Shown: positions 38,156 to 47,746, counted from the stretch's first letter. The stretch is 64,000 nucleotides of DNA from Rhodospirillaceae bacterium (GCA_018667855.1 JABIRL010000002.1:2300-66299); one strand, 5' to 3'. The notes: generated by a model not told the origin, from the letters alone. Translations and numbers: made by a program.

Positions 38156-41071
38156 ATGTACAGTTTCATGGCAAACATGGTGATAAAAGGCGCCGCGCCG
38201 CGCATTGGCAGAAAACTGGCAATCGGATTTCTGGCCGCGGGTTTTCTGAGCGCTTGCGCCGTTACGCCGGAACCCATCGTCGAGGCGGAACGTGCAAACC
38301 GTGTCGTCGCGGATCTTGACATTATCCGCAATGGGCAGTTCAAGCCAACGCAGCCGATCTCTTTATATCATGCCATGGCCCGCGCCGTGGCCTTCAACCT
38401 GCAACATAATGTACGGCAAATTGAACGGGATATCGCGCAGCTGGAGCTGGATCAGGCGAATAAAGAGGGTTATCCGGACGTGGAAGGCAGTGCCGCCTAT
38501 TCCAGGGACGACGCAGTAACCTCCACAGGCACTGATACGAACATCCGCTCGGGCAGCTTCGGCGGCACCTGGAATGTGCTGGACCTGGGCGTCAGCTATG
38601 CCAGGGCGCAACAAAGCGCCGACCGCGTGCTGATTGCCGAGGAGCGCCGGCGCAAGGCTTTGCAGGACATAATCCGCAACGTTCGCCTGGCCTATTGGCG
38701 ATCCGTCGGCGCGCAACAGTTGATGACCCGAATGGTAGCGATTGAACACGAGTTCAGCGCCGCGTTGTCGGAAAGTCGACGACTGGAAGTCAACAGTATA
38801 GAGACCAAACGCCGGACCGTCGGCTTTCGCCGTGGTCTGATCGATACCGTGCGACAGATCATTGCGGCACGGAAGGACTATGGCCGGGCCAAGTTTGAGT
38901 TCGCACAGCTAATTAACATTCAGCCAGGCGTCAGATTCACGCTGCAACCGCCCGAAACCATGCAGGGCATTCCGGCGCTGCCCATGGCGGTCGAGAAGCT
39001 GGAGGCTTTTGCCCTGGAGCAGCGGCCCGAACTGCGGGTCGAGGATTACAACGAACGGATCACCGAATGGGAATCCCGGGAAGCACTTTTCGGTATGTTC
39101 CCCGGTCTGGATCTTGATCTGACCCAAAACTTCAGTTCCGACAAGGGCCTGGTGAACACGACCTGGTCGTCCGTCGGACCCACATTGGGCATGAACCTCT
39201 TCCGTCTGTTCTCGGGTCCCCTACGTATGCAAACCGCCGAGTTGCGCGGTGAGATGGCACGCCGTCAGCGACTGGCCCTTTCCGTTGGCGTGTTGGCCCA
39301 GGTTCACATCGCCTATCACGAGTTTCATGAGGCCAGCTACCAATTCCGCCTGGCGCGGCAAATCTCCCGATCCGATCGGGAACTGAGCAAACTTGCGGTA
39401 TTGGAACGCGATATCACCCAAGGCAATCTATTGGACACTATTGACGTGGCGGCGCGGCAGCTGCGCTCGGAAGTTCAACAGCACCAAGCCTATGTGGAGC
39501 TGCGCCGGTCTCACGGCAACATTCTGCATGCCCTCGGCCTCGACGTCATTGGCAACGATATCCCCTTGAATGATGTTGATCGTCTGCGGACCGCAATCCG
39601 TCAAACGGTGTCGAAGTGGGAGTATCTCACGGAAGAGGACGATCCCAATGACGACGGCACGATTGAAGAACTAGTCGGACAGGTATTGGCGGATGTGCGC
39701 CGGGAATCCGTGATGCCCGTGAAGAGCAAAACTTCAGAGCAGTCCAATATGATGGCGGCAGTTGATTTTGGATTGGCCGACAGCGACCTGAAAGATGTCC
39801 CAGATGCCGCCATCCCCAAGACAACCATGGCGACGGCTGAAACGGATGTCGACCGCAAGGCTGCATTCGATGATCAGTTCGCGGAAGTCCTGACAAGACT
39901 GTCGAAAAACGACCCGAATGAAGAGGCGCCAATGGATCTGGTCCAACCCGCGGCGGCAACATTGGCTGAACTGGATCTATTAGGTGTGTTCGAACCTGAA
40001 CCGAAGCAGGAACTGGGCTTGGATCCGAACCTGTCCGCCGAGCACCTGGATCTCGGTGCCATCGAATATTCAGAAACGCCGCTTATTTCACCGCGCACGA
40101 CAAATTCCACAGCCATGGAGTTGTCGCTGCTGGATGTGGCGCCTCCACTATCCGATGCACCACTCATTGCGCAACCGGACTGGCAAGACTTACCGCCTGA
40201 GCCCGCCCATAAAGGTTCGCGAGAAACCTATGACGCACAGTTCGGTGCGTTTTCCGAGTACCCGCGTGCTCAGGCCCTGCTGGCGGTTTTGCGCGATCTG
40301 CAAATTCCACTGGCCGAGGCAAAGGGCTTCCGAATTTTGAAAAAACGGGATTCGAACCGCAAACAACTGTTTCATGTCCGGCTTGGCTCGTTCCTGAAAA
40401 AATCGGCCGCCTTGCAAGTCTGTAAAGGCTTTAAGGTCCATGGAAAACGTTGCGTCGCCGTGCGCAAGATTGCGGCCACATCGGATGATTTCGAATTTGC
40501 ACCGCACATCGATGCAGGCGAACCGATCACGGAAGCGAAACCCGATCCTACTCCCGGCGCCGTCTCTTCGGACGCGATCTTCATGCCTGAGGCGCCGGCG
40601 GCTTCCGAACAAACGGTGGCGGAGGTCTCGCCAGACCTTGAAAATCATCAACTTGAAAATCACAATGGACAAATTGCTGCCCAGCCGCTGCCGCCACGGC
40701 CCGCGGAGAAGCGCTGGCTGCCCCGTTACGACACACAGTTTGGCGCCTTTTCCGAATACTCCCGTGCCCAGGCATTGCTGGACAGCCTTCAGCAACTACG
40801 GATACCCCACGGCGAATATCAAGATTTCCGCATTGTGACGAAGACATCACCGGGCAAACAGACCCAGTATCACGTCACGTTCGGCTCGTACCTGGGCTGG
40901 TCAGCGGCGGCAAAAGCCTGCAACGGCTTCAAGGCGCAAGGCAAAGGTTGCATCGTTGTACGCCACAAAAGGTCGGAGGCCGCCGTTGTCTCCAACTGCC
41001 ATACCGCCGACAGCTGTGATTTGCCAGACACGATCAGCCTGTATGAACGCCGGCCGCTTTTGACGTTCTAA
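38156..41071 (+). CDS. TolC-family outer membrane lipoprotein with acidic linker and two C-terminal SPOR-like domains (971 aa)
   Basis: Lipobox FLSAC; ISLYHAMARAVAFNL, WNVLDLGVSY.RA.Q, ALEQRPELR, AQVHIAY in the TolC part; two YD.QFGAFSEY.RAQALL...HV.(L/F)GS....AA...C.GFK..GK.C..V units at 40229-40468 and 40727-40969. Confidence 0.85.
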   Translation: MYSFMANMVIKGAAPRIGRKLAIGFLAAGFLSACAVTPEPIVEAERANRVVADLDIIRNGQFKPTQPISLYHAMARAVAFNLQHNVRQIERDIAQLELDQANKEGYPDVEGSAAYSRDDAVTSTGTDTNIRSGSFGGTWNVLDLGVSYARAQQSADRVLIAEERRRKALQDIIRNVRLAYWRSVGAQQLMTRMVAIEHEFSAALSESRRLEVNSIETKRRTVGFRRGLIDTVRQIIAARKDYGRAKFEFAQLINIQPGVRFTLQPPETMQGIPALPMAVEKLEAFALEQRPELRVEDYNERITEWESREALFGMFPGLDLDLTQNFSSDKGLVNTTWSSVGPTLGMNLFRLFSGPLRMQTAELRGEMARRQRLALSVGVLAQVHIAYHEFHEASYQFRLARQISRSDRELSKLAVLERDITQGNLLDTIDVAARQLRSEVQQHQAYVELRRSHGNILHALGLDVIGNDIPLNDVDRLRTAIRQTVSKWEYLTEEDDPNDDGTIEELVGQVLADVRRESVMPVKSKTSEQSNMMAAVDFGLADSDLKDVPDAAIPKTTMATAETDVDRKAAFDDQFAEVLTRLSKNDPNEEAPMDLVQPAAATLAELDLLGVFEPEPKQELGLDPNLSAEHLDLGAIEYSETPLISPRTTNSTAMELSLLDVAPPLSDAPLIAQPDWQDLPPEPAHKGSRETYDAQFGAFSEYPRAQALLAVLRDLQIPLAEAKGFRILKKRDSNRKQLFHVRLGSFLKKSAALQVCKGFKVHGKRCVAVRKIAATSDDFEFAPHIDAGEPITEAKPDPTPGAVSSDAIFMPEAPAASEQTVAEVSPDLENHQLENHNGQIAAQPLPPRPAEKRWLPRYDTQFGAFSEYSRAQALLDSLQQLRIPHGEYQDFRIVTKTSPGKQTQYHVTFGSYLGWSAAAKACNGFKAQGKGCIVVRHKRSEAAVVSNCHTADSCDLPDTISLYERRPLLTF

Positions 41072-41089
41072 AGTGAGACCGGCAAACTG

Positions 41090-41869
41090 CTATTTCTTTT
41101 TGCCTGCCGGTTTTTCCGGTGCGGGCTCGGCCGCTTCCGTGGTTCGCGCGGCGGCGGTCTGACGTTGCGCCATCGGCGTTAGATTGTTGAGCGATTGCAG
41201 ATGAACGTAACAAAGTTCGAGTTCATCCGTTCGCGCCATCTCGGCCAGAGTCTCGCCCGGAAGTGCCTTCAGCTTGTCGCGATTGATGGTTTGAAAACCA
41301 GCCAGCGCCGCCGATTGCCCGTCCGGCAATTGAAATCTGGCCTGTGCCGCCTCCAGCAGCTCAAGTTCCCGCAACCGATTGGCAAACTGCATGGTGCGGT
41401 TAAACTGCGCTTGATACTCGCGGGTAAATTTCAACACGTTTTCCAGATATTGGGTACGCGCGCCCTCTGAATCGAACAGACGCTCGCCTTTACCCTCCTG
41501 ATTGAATCCATTGAACTCCTCGTCGATGCACAGCGTAAATGTGCCGCCGTCCTCGGAGCGTGAAAATACGAACGGGTACCGGCGCAAAAAGGCGGGCACA
41601 TACTTGCCCTGCCAGGCATTATCCTCACCGACAAAAGAATTCTCGCCATCGCGCATGCCGAGAATTACGGATGGAAAAATGGAATCGCCTTCGCCCGCAA
41701 AAATGATGGCGAATTCCGTGGCCGCCGGGATGAATTCGGCGGCCAGCAGAGGCACCGAATTCAAGCCGCGCGCATAAGAATAGTCGGCGCCGGTCTTGAC
41801 CGACCATTCGCCGTGGCGCTCGGTTGAAATCGGCACCGCATCTTCATAAATCATGAGTTGCTTGGGCAT
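41090..41869 (-). CDS. SapC-family protein
   Basis: Y..A..LN.VPLLAAEF..AA.EFAI.F, P..ILG.R.GEN.FV, W.G.YVPAFLRRYPF, LCID, RLFD.EG, L.G...I.R.KL..L; start trimmed to ATG 41869. Confidence 0.82.
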   Translation of the reverse strand: MPKQLMIYEDAVPISTERHGEWSVKTGADYSYARGLNSVPLLAAEFIPAATEFAIIFAGEGDSIFPSVILGMRDGENSFVGEDNAWQGKYVPAFLRRYPFVFSRSEDGGTFTLCIDEEFNGFNQEGKGERLFDSEGARTQYLENVLKFTREYQAQFNRTMQFANRLRELELLEAAQARFQLPDGQSAALAGFQTINRDKLKALPGETLAEMARTDELELCYVHLQSLNNLTPMAQRQTAAARTTEAAEPAPEKPAGKKK

Positions 41870-42080
41870 TCGCATTAATCTCCAAAACGTCAACCTGTTA
41901 GAAGCAAACGGGCCATTGCCCATGTCCTGCGATCTCGAATGACGATCATACGGTTGGGGTATATTTAGGCGAAACTAAGTTGAAATCCGAGTCCAATTTA
42001 ACTCATGCGAGCAGGATAGCAACGGCCGAAGATCGCACCTTTAACCCGGCTGATCAGTCTGCCTGTTTTCCGCATGGCCA

Positions 42081-42902
42081 TCACCGGTTCGGAAAAAACA
42101 GCTGCTGTCCGTTGATTTTGTGAGCAGCGATCGCGGCTTTTCCCGCCGGCGACAACAGCCAGTCGATGAAACGTTGCCCGAGGCGGAATTTGACGTGCGG
42201 GTGGCGCCGGGGCGAGACAAGGATAACGCCGTATTGGTTCCGTAGGTTGCCATCGCCCTGGGAAACGATTTTCAGCCGTTGCTTGTTTCGAAAACTTAGC
42301 CAGGTTCCCCGGTCGCTCAATGTATAGGCATCCATGGCGGCGGCGGTATTCAACGTGGCGCCCATGCCGGAGCCGGTTTCGCGGTACCAGGTCCCGGAAT
42401 GGGCGGCCACATCGACACCGGCTTCCGCCCACAGGGACAACTCCCGCTTATGGGTTCCACTGTCGTCACCCCGGGAGACGAAGGCCTCGCCTTGCTTGGC
42501 GATCAGCTCTAATGCGGCGGTGGCGGTCGTGGCCTTGACCACGCCGGCCGGGTCGCCGGCCGGTCCAATGATGACAAAATCATTGTACATCACGGGATGG
42601 CGCGCGACGCCGAAGCCGGCCGCAACGAAGGCGTCCTCGGACGGCTGATGATGCACCAACAGAACATCGGCATCGCCCTTCCGGGCCAGGCGCAGCGCTG
42701 CGCCGGTGCCTACCGCGACGACACGAACGGAAATGCCCGACGCGGCTTTGAACTTCGGCAAGATCTGATCGAACAGCCCGGAATTTTGGGTCGATGTAGT
42801 CGAGGCGAGCGTAATGAAGGCTTGCTCCGCCGCGCCCTCACCGCCAACTAAAAAAACGACTGCGGCCAGCAAACATCGGAAGAAATAGCGCCGATCATTC
42901 AC
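42081..42902 (-). CDS. tupA: Tungstate ABC transporter substrate-binding protein
   Basis: LASTTSTQNSGL, VAVGTGAAL..A.KGDADVLLVH, MYNDFVIIGP, FVSRGDDSGTH.RE, YTLSDRGTW, L.NQY. Confidence 0.9.
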   Translation of the reverse strand: MNDRRYFFRCLLAAVVFLVGGEGAAEQAFITLASTTSTQNSGLFDQILPKFKAASGISVRVVAVGTGAALRLARKGDADVLLVHHQPSEDAFVAAGFGVARHPVMYNDFVIIGPAGDPAGVVKATTATAALELIAKQGEAFVSRGDDSGTHKRELSLWAEAGVDVAAHSGTWYRETGSGMGATLNTAAAMDAYTLSDRGTWLSFRNKQRLKIVSQGDGNLRNQYGVILVSPRRHPHVKFRLGQRFIDWLLSPAGKAAIAAHKINGQQLFFPNR

Positions 42903-43699
42903 GTTCGATCGATCCCGATTTCATCGGCGGACTTGCCATCGACGCCATCGTAGACGGAGCGCCGCCGCCACCACAATAATTCGCCGTTCAGGAAGGCCCG
43001 CGCCAGATCGTTTTCAGGTCCCTTGAAGAAAGCCTCGGCCGGCGCGCGCTCCTTTATACGGCCCCGATGCAGAAATATCACCTCCTGGGCCAGCCGTCGC
43101 GCCTGATTAAGGTCGTGGGAGGTCATGATGATCTTGACGCCGGCCTCCGACAGACCGCGGACAATATCCTCCACCAAATGCGCCGCCGCGGGATCCAGAT
43201 TGGCCGTCGGCTCATCCAGAAAAAGCACTTGCGGCCGCAGCGCCATGGCCCGGGCCAGGGCCAGTCGTTGTTGCTCGCCAAATGACAATGCCCGGGCCGA
43301 TGTGTCGGCCAAACGGGTCAGACCGGTTCGATCAAGGGCTTCCGCCACCCGCTGGCGGCGTTCGCCTGCATCCAGGCCATGGATCTTCAAGGCCAGGTCG
43401 ATATTGCCCCGAGTTGACCGCCGCAGCAGCACCGGGCGCTGGAAAACCATCGCCTGGGCCCTGGCCCGCGTTTGCGGATCGGTTTCACCGGCCCAGTCCA
43501 CCGTGCCATGATCGGGCGCGACGATGCCGTGACAGACCCGCAGGAAGAGGCTCTTGCCGGCGCCATTGGGCCCGATAATGAAGCTGCGCGCCGGCGCGGC
43601 ATCGAAGCGGCAGTTGATCTCTTTCAACACCATCTTGTCGCCCCGCTTCAGCGAGACATTGTTCATGGTCACGGGCAATATTCGCGATTTGGTTTTCAT
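42899..43699 (-). CDS. tupC: Tungstate ABC transporter ATP-binding protein
   Basis: GPNGAGKS, MVFQRPVLLRRS, LSFGEQQRLALARA, FLDEPTANLDP; start trimmed to ATG 43699 (ATGA overlap with tupB). Confidence 0.85.
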   Translation of the reverse strand: MKTKSRILPVTMNNVSLKRGDKMVLKEINCRFDAAPARSFIIGPNGAGKSLFLRVCHGIVAPDHGTVDWAGETDPQTRARAQAMVFQRPVLLRRSTRGNIDLALKIHGLDAGERRQRVAEALDRTGLTRLADTSARALSFGEQQRLALARAMALRPQVLFLDEPTANLDPAAAHLVEDIVRGLSEAGVKIIMTSHDLNQARRLAQEVIFLHRGRIKERAPAEAFFKGPENDLARAFLNGELLWWRRRSVYDGVDGKSADEIGIDRT

Positions 43700-44403
43700 G
43701 CCGGACGCCGGACATCGCCAAAATACTTGAACCCATAGGCACCGATGTTGATGCTCAGGGACAGCAGCAGCAGCACAACCCCCAGCCCCAAGGCCAGGGA
43801 CAGATTGCCTTTGCTGGCTTCTAACGTGATCGAAGTGGTCATCACCCTGGTGACATGATCGATATTGCCGCCGACGATCATCACGGCGCCGACTTCCGCG
43901 ACAGCGCGGCCAAATCCCGCAAGCAACGTCGTCACCAACATCACCCGGCCGTCCCACAACAATGCGAAAAGAGCCTGCCTGGGTGAGGCGCCAAGGGACC
44001 GCAGGGCCTCATGATATTCCTGCCACAGGGTTTCGATAACCTCCCGGCTCAGGGAAACAATGATGGGCAGCACCAGGATGATCTGGGCGATGATCATGGC
44101 GGTCGGCGTGAACAGCAAATTCAAGACGCCAAACGGCCCGGATCGGGACAGCATCAAATAAACCACCAGGCCCACCACGACAGGGGGCAAACCCATGAGA
44201 GCGTTGAAAATCACGATCAGAACCCGGCGCCCGGGAAACCGGCCCAAGGCGATCAAGGCGCCGAAGGGTAGCCCCACCACCGCAGCGATCCCGGTCGCCG
44301 TCAGGCTGACCCGCAGCGACAGCCCGATGATTTCCCACAGCTCTGTATCGAGCCGCCATATCATGGAGCCGGCCGACATTATGGCGTGCCAGAATTCATC
44401 CAT
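43696..44403 (-). CDS. tupB: Tungstate ABC transporter permease
   Basis: LSLRVS, NALMGLPPVVVGL, LLFTPTAMIIAQ, FGRAVAEVGAVMIVGGNI..VTRVMTT.I.LE. Confidence 0.9.
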   Translation of the reverse strand: MDEFWHAIMSAGSMIWRLDTELWEIIGLSLRVSLTATGIAAVVGLPFGALIALGRFPGRRVLIVIFNALMGLPPVVVGLVVYLMLSRSGPFGVLNLLFTPTAMIIAQIILVLPIIVSLSREVIETLWQEYHEALRSLGASPRQALFALLWDGRVMLVTTLLAGFGRAVAEVGAVMIVGGNIDHVTRVMTTSITLEASKGNLSLALGLGVVLLLLSLSINIGAYGFKYFGDVRRPA

Positions 44404-44437
44404 GCCTTAATCCCACGCCATCACAGCGGCGTTTATC

Positions 44438-46492
44438 TCACTGATTACCGTCATCTTCCGGATCGTCCGTGATGCGGCCACTGAGGTAGTCGTCCGTGGT
44501 CCGCGGTATTGGCCTGTTACCGGCGGCCATGGGGTCCGTATCGGTCTCGGCCATATCGATGATGCGGCAATCGGCGCACATTTGCAGCCGCCGCAAAGCC
44601 TGGGAATTCGGGAACATGCTATGGGCCGTCATCTTTTCCGTCACAGTCTCGATCATCGATTTGGTCGCGAACGGCGTACCGCAGCGGATACAATCAAAAG
44701 GCTCTTCCTCCTTGATTACACGGGTATTTCGTACCGCGCCCGTGAACAACAGCCGGGGCCGCAGCTTGATTACCTTTTCGGGGCATGTGGAAGCGCACAG
44801 ACCACATTGCACGCACGCCGTTTCGACAAAACTGAGGCGCGGATAGTCCGGCGTATCCCGCAGGGCCTTCGTTGGACAGGCGTTGGTGCAGGCCAGACAC
44901 AGGGTACAGCCATCAACATCGATTTCGACCGTCCCGAACGGCGCGCCCTTGGGCAGGGGGATTTCGTCCCGAGGTTCCGGGGCGACGCGATGCAGGGCAG
45001 TCAGCGCCAGATTTAGCGCCGTGCGTTTTTCCGCCGTAGGCTCGAACGCCGCCGTCTTCGGCCCAACGGCGACATCACGGACGGCAGCCCACAGCCGCGC
45101 ATTGGCCGCTTCGGGGTCAGCTTCCAGAATCAACTCAACCTGTCCATCGTGGTAGCCGAGGGCGGCAACGATTTCGTTCGACAAGGAAATAGCTTCCTCG
45201 AGACCGACCAATTCCTCCGCGTCCCGTGACGATGCCAGGAGCAAGGATTTGCCCGCGCCATAGACCCGCGCCGCCAAAAGAATGTCCAAGCTGCATTGCC
45301 CCAGCGCATTGACGGCAACGGGCAGCATATTGGCGGGCAGGCCGTCGTAATACCGAGCCATGGTCGCGATCATCTCATCGCCAAAGTCGCCGTCGTGAAA
45401 CAACAGAACCGGATGCTTTCCCCCACCGGCGGCAAAGCTCTGAAGCAGGGTTCGCATGCGCTGCAACAAAGCATCATTGCGCGGCATGGCGTAACTGACC
45501 GCACCGGTGGGACAGACCCCGGCACAACCGCCACAGCCGGCACAAATCTGCGGATCGATCGCGACCTTGTCCCCATCCGGGGTGATGGCGCCGGCGGGAC
45601 AAATATCCTGACAACGTGTGCAGCCGACGATGCCATTGCGGCCATGGGCACAGATCGTCTCGTCGTATTCCACATAACGCGGCTTCTCGAACTCGCCGAC
45701 CAGCTCGACAATGTCGAATAAAGCATTGGCGACGGCGGCGGGGTCACCTGGATCAGGATTGAAATAACCGTCACGTTTATCCGGTGCGTTGAAGACCGGC
45801 GTGCCGCCACGTAAATCCAGGATGATATCGCAATCGCTGCGCGTCGTGCCCGCGGCCGCTGCCTCGAACGCAATCTCCCGACGGGCTGACGGCGTCATCG
45901 CTGCGAAGCCCTCGATCTCCACTTTGAACGCGCCCAGATGACCCTGGGCCCGCACGCCGGTGCCGCAAAAAATCGGCACATCGGCGGTGTGCGGCGCCGA
46001 TACAGATGCCCCGCTTTCCAACAACAATGTGACATCCATGCGCTGCCCCAGACGCCGCGCGGCCCCGAGCGCGGGATCAGAGGCACCCAGCACCATGACA
46101 ACGCCGCCGCTTTGCACCGGGACGGCGTGGGGACCGGGCACATCCAGCATGGCCTCGGCGATCAGTGCGCCCATCTTGGCGCCGGCGGCGGTGCCATCGC
46201 GGGACCATCCGGCCTTTTCGCGAATGTTGACAAAGCGAAGATCGCCGCCGAACTTGTCATCGCCAGCCGTCTCCAAAAAAAGCGGCGCTTCCTGGGTACA
46301 GCCAATCAACAGCGGGCTGTCATTGCGCAACCGCGACTGGACCTCACCCAACTGTTGTCGGCACAGCTGGGTGCCGCAGAATTCAGGCTTCAGGCCGGCG
46401 GCCTTTTCGATCGAGCTCTGATTTATCGGACTGGTACCCTCGCAATCGCAGATTAACACGCGAAAGTCGGTCCGACCTGTTTGCATCGCCAT
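44438..46492 (-). CDS. Multi-[4Fe-4S] protein associated with FDH loci (HdrA/MvhD-like elements)
   Basis: CAH..GCTRCQDICP, CAGCGGCAGVCP, CTLCLACTNACP, CVQCGLCASTCP, CIRC, C..C clusters; N-terminal LICDCEGT..CTQEAP..FVNIREKAGWS; start trimmed to ATG 46492. Confidence 0.85.
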   Translation of the reverse strand: MAMQTGRTDFRVLICDCEGTSPINQSSIEKAAGLKPEFCGTQLCRQQLGEVQSRLRNDSPLLIGCTQEAPLFLETAGDDKFGGDLRFVNIREKAGWSRDGTAAGAKMGALIAEAMLDVPGPHAVPVQSGGVVMVLGASDPALGAARRLGQRMDVTLLLESGASVSAPHTADVPIFCGTGVRAQGHLGAFKVEIEGFAAMTPSARREIAFEAAAAGTTRSDCDIILDLRGGTPVFNAPDKRDGYFNPDPGDPAAVANALFDIVELVGEFEKPRYVEYDETICAHGRNGIVGCTRCQDICPAGAITPDGDKVAIDPQICAGCGGCAGVCPTGAVSYAMPRNDALLQRMRTLLQSFAAGGGKHPVLLFHDGDFGDEMIATMARYYDGLPANMLPVAVNALGQCSLDILLAARVYGAGKSLLLASSRDAEELVGLEEAISLSNEIVAALGYHDGQVELILEADPEAANARLWAAVRDVAVGPKTAAFEPTAEKRTALNLALTALHRVAPEPRDEIPLPKGAPFGTVEIDVDGCTLCLACTNACPTKALRDTPDYPRLSFVETACVQCGLCASTCPEKVIKLRPRLLFTGAVRNTRVIKEEEPFDCIRCGTPFATKSMIETVTEKMTAHSMFPNSQALRRLQMCADCRIIDMAETDTDPMAAGNRPIPRTTDDYLSGRITDDPEDDGNQ

Positions 46493-46622
46493 TCTTATCT
46501 CGTCCCCCCAACGCAGAGGCATTTGGCGCCCTGCGTCTTTTCGCTGAGCATATTGCAATCAATGGCCCAATTGGAGCAAGATCACAGATGCCCAATTAAC
46601 GGCTTTTCACGAGGTTGTTTGA

Positions 46623-47135
46623 ATGAATGCAGATGCGAGCATGTCCCTTGGTGTTATTGTCGAGCGGCGCGAGGTTGAAAATCCCTGGCAGGATTTCGCC
46701 TGGCGGCCGATCGCGGTGGTACCGAACGCCGCGCGGGGGGGCCGCTGGCGGGAGCTGCAAAAGGGCGACGACTGGGTTCATTTTCTGGCCGCGACCTTTG
46801 ATCTGGAACTGTTCCGCGGCGAGACCGAAGGTTACATGACCAATCTGTCGCAAGATCCACCACTGATTTACGTGGTCTTGCGCGAGGGGGAGGAGGCGGA
46901 GGACAACGACGTGGAGCCATTTCATGTTACCGCCTGTCCGTTCGAGGCCATGGGCTATTATGAGAGCGGCGATGAAATTGTCGAAGGCGTACCCATGCCC
47001 GACAATGTGATGGGCTGGCTGCGGGAATTCGTTGACCTGTACCACGTGGAAACGCCCTTCGAGAAACGCAAGAACAAGCGTCATAAAGACAAACAAGCAG
47101 GTTCGCGACCACGCGGTCGGCTGGGACGGGGTTGA
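46623..47135 (+). CDS. DUF3305-like protein
   Basis: LGVIVERR...NPWQ...WRP.AV.P, L.L.R.ETEGY..NL....P..YVV.R, VTA.P.EA..Y...G...VE.VPMP; FDH context. Confidence 0.8.
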   Translation: MNADASMSLGVIVERREVENPWQDFAWRPIAVVPNAARGGRWRELQKGDDWVHFLAATFDLELFRGETEGYMTNLSQDPPLIYVVLREGEEAEDNDVEPFHVTACPFEAMGYYESGDEIVEGVPMPDNVMGWLREFVDLYHVETPFEKRKNKRHKDKQAGSRPRGRLGRG

Positions 47136-47746
47136 TTGTGCGTGGCGACGACGAAGGTCCGCTCTCACGCTGGTCGCGGCGCAAGACGGAGGCTCGGGCA
47201 GGTGATGGTGAGGCCTCGGAACCGCAATCCTTGGACCTGCCCCTGGCCGACGATAATTTGCCGGCGGAACTATTGAATGATGATGCTCCCTCAGAAGAGG
47301 CCGCCGAAGAGGAGCGCCCGCCACTGCCGCCCATCGAGGAGCTGGACGCGGATTCCGATTACACGCAGTTCATGGCTGACGGGGTGCCCGAGGCCCTGAC
47401 CCGCGCCGCGTTGCGGAAGCTTTGGCTCAGCGATCCGATTTTTGCCAATCTCGACGGCCTGAACGACTACGACGAAAACTTCAATCTGATCGACAAGATC
47501 ATAACTGCTGCCGACACCAATTATAAAGTGGGCCGCGGCATGATCAGCGACGAAGATGAGGATGAAGTGCCGCCACAACACGACGAGCCCGTTGACGAGC
47601 CAGTTGAACAGAGCGCCGAAGAAGACGTGGCTCAACTGGATGTCCCCGGCGCCGAAGCAGAAAGTACCGGCGCAACCGATAATGATAACGCCGATGACGG
47701 GGAAACAACCGACCGGGACACTGACAACGGTAGTTCAAAAAGTTAA
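47132..47746 (+). CDS. DUF3306-like protein
   Basis: LSRWSRRK, LPPIEELD.DSD...FM...VPE.L.RAALRKLW.SDP..ANLDGL.DY.E..; acidic tail. Confidence 0.8.
   Translation: MIVRGDDEGPLSRWSRRKTEARAGDGEASEPQSLDLPLADDNLPAELLNDDAPSEEAAEEERPPLPPIEELDADSDYTQFMADGVPEALTRAALRKLWLSDPIFANLDGLNDYDENFNLIDKIITAADTNYKVGRGMISDEDEDEVPPQHDEPVDEPVEQSAEEDVAQLDVPGAEAESTGATDNDNADDGETTDRDTDNGSSKS

Noticed and set aside
43700-43957. N-terminal extensions of track ORFs (tupC, also pcaH, BMP, xdhB, uraH, sapC, polyferredoxin)
   Set aside because: The extensions overlap upstream genes or lack homology; downstream starts with RBS or ATGA coupling fit better
46493-46622. Moco/Wco riboswitch or sigma54 promoter in the divergent tup/FDH spacer
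   Set aside because: The GG-N10-GC spacing in TGGCCCAATTGGAGC is right, but the flanking consensus is poor; no convincing multi-stem aptamer by eye
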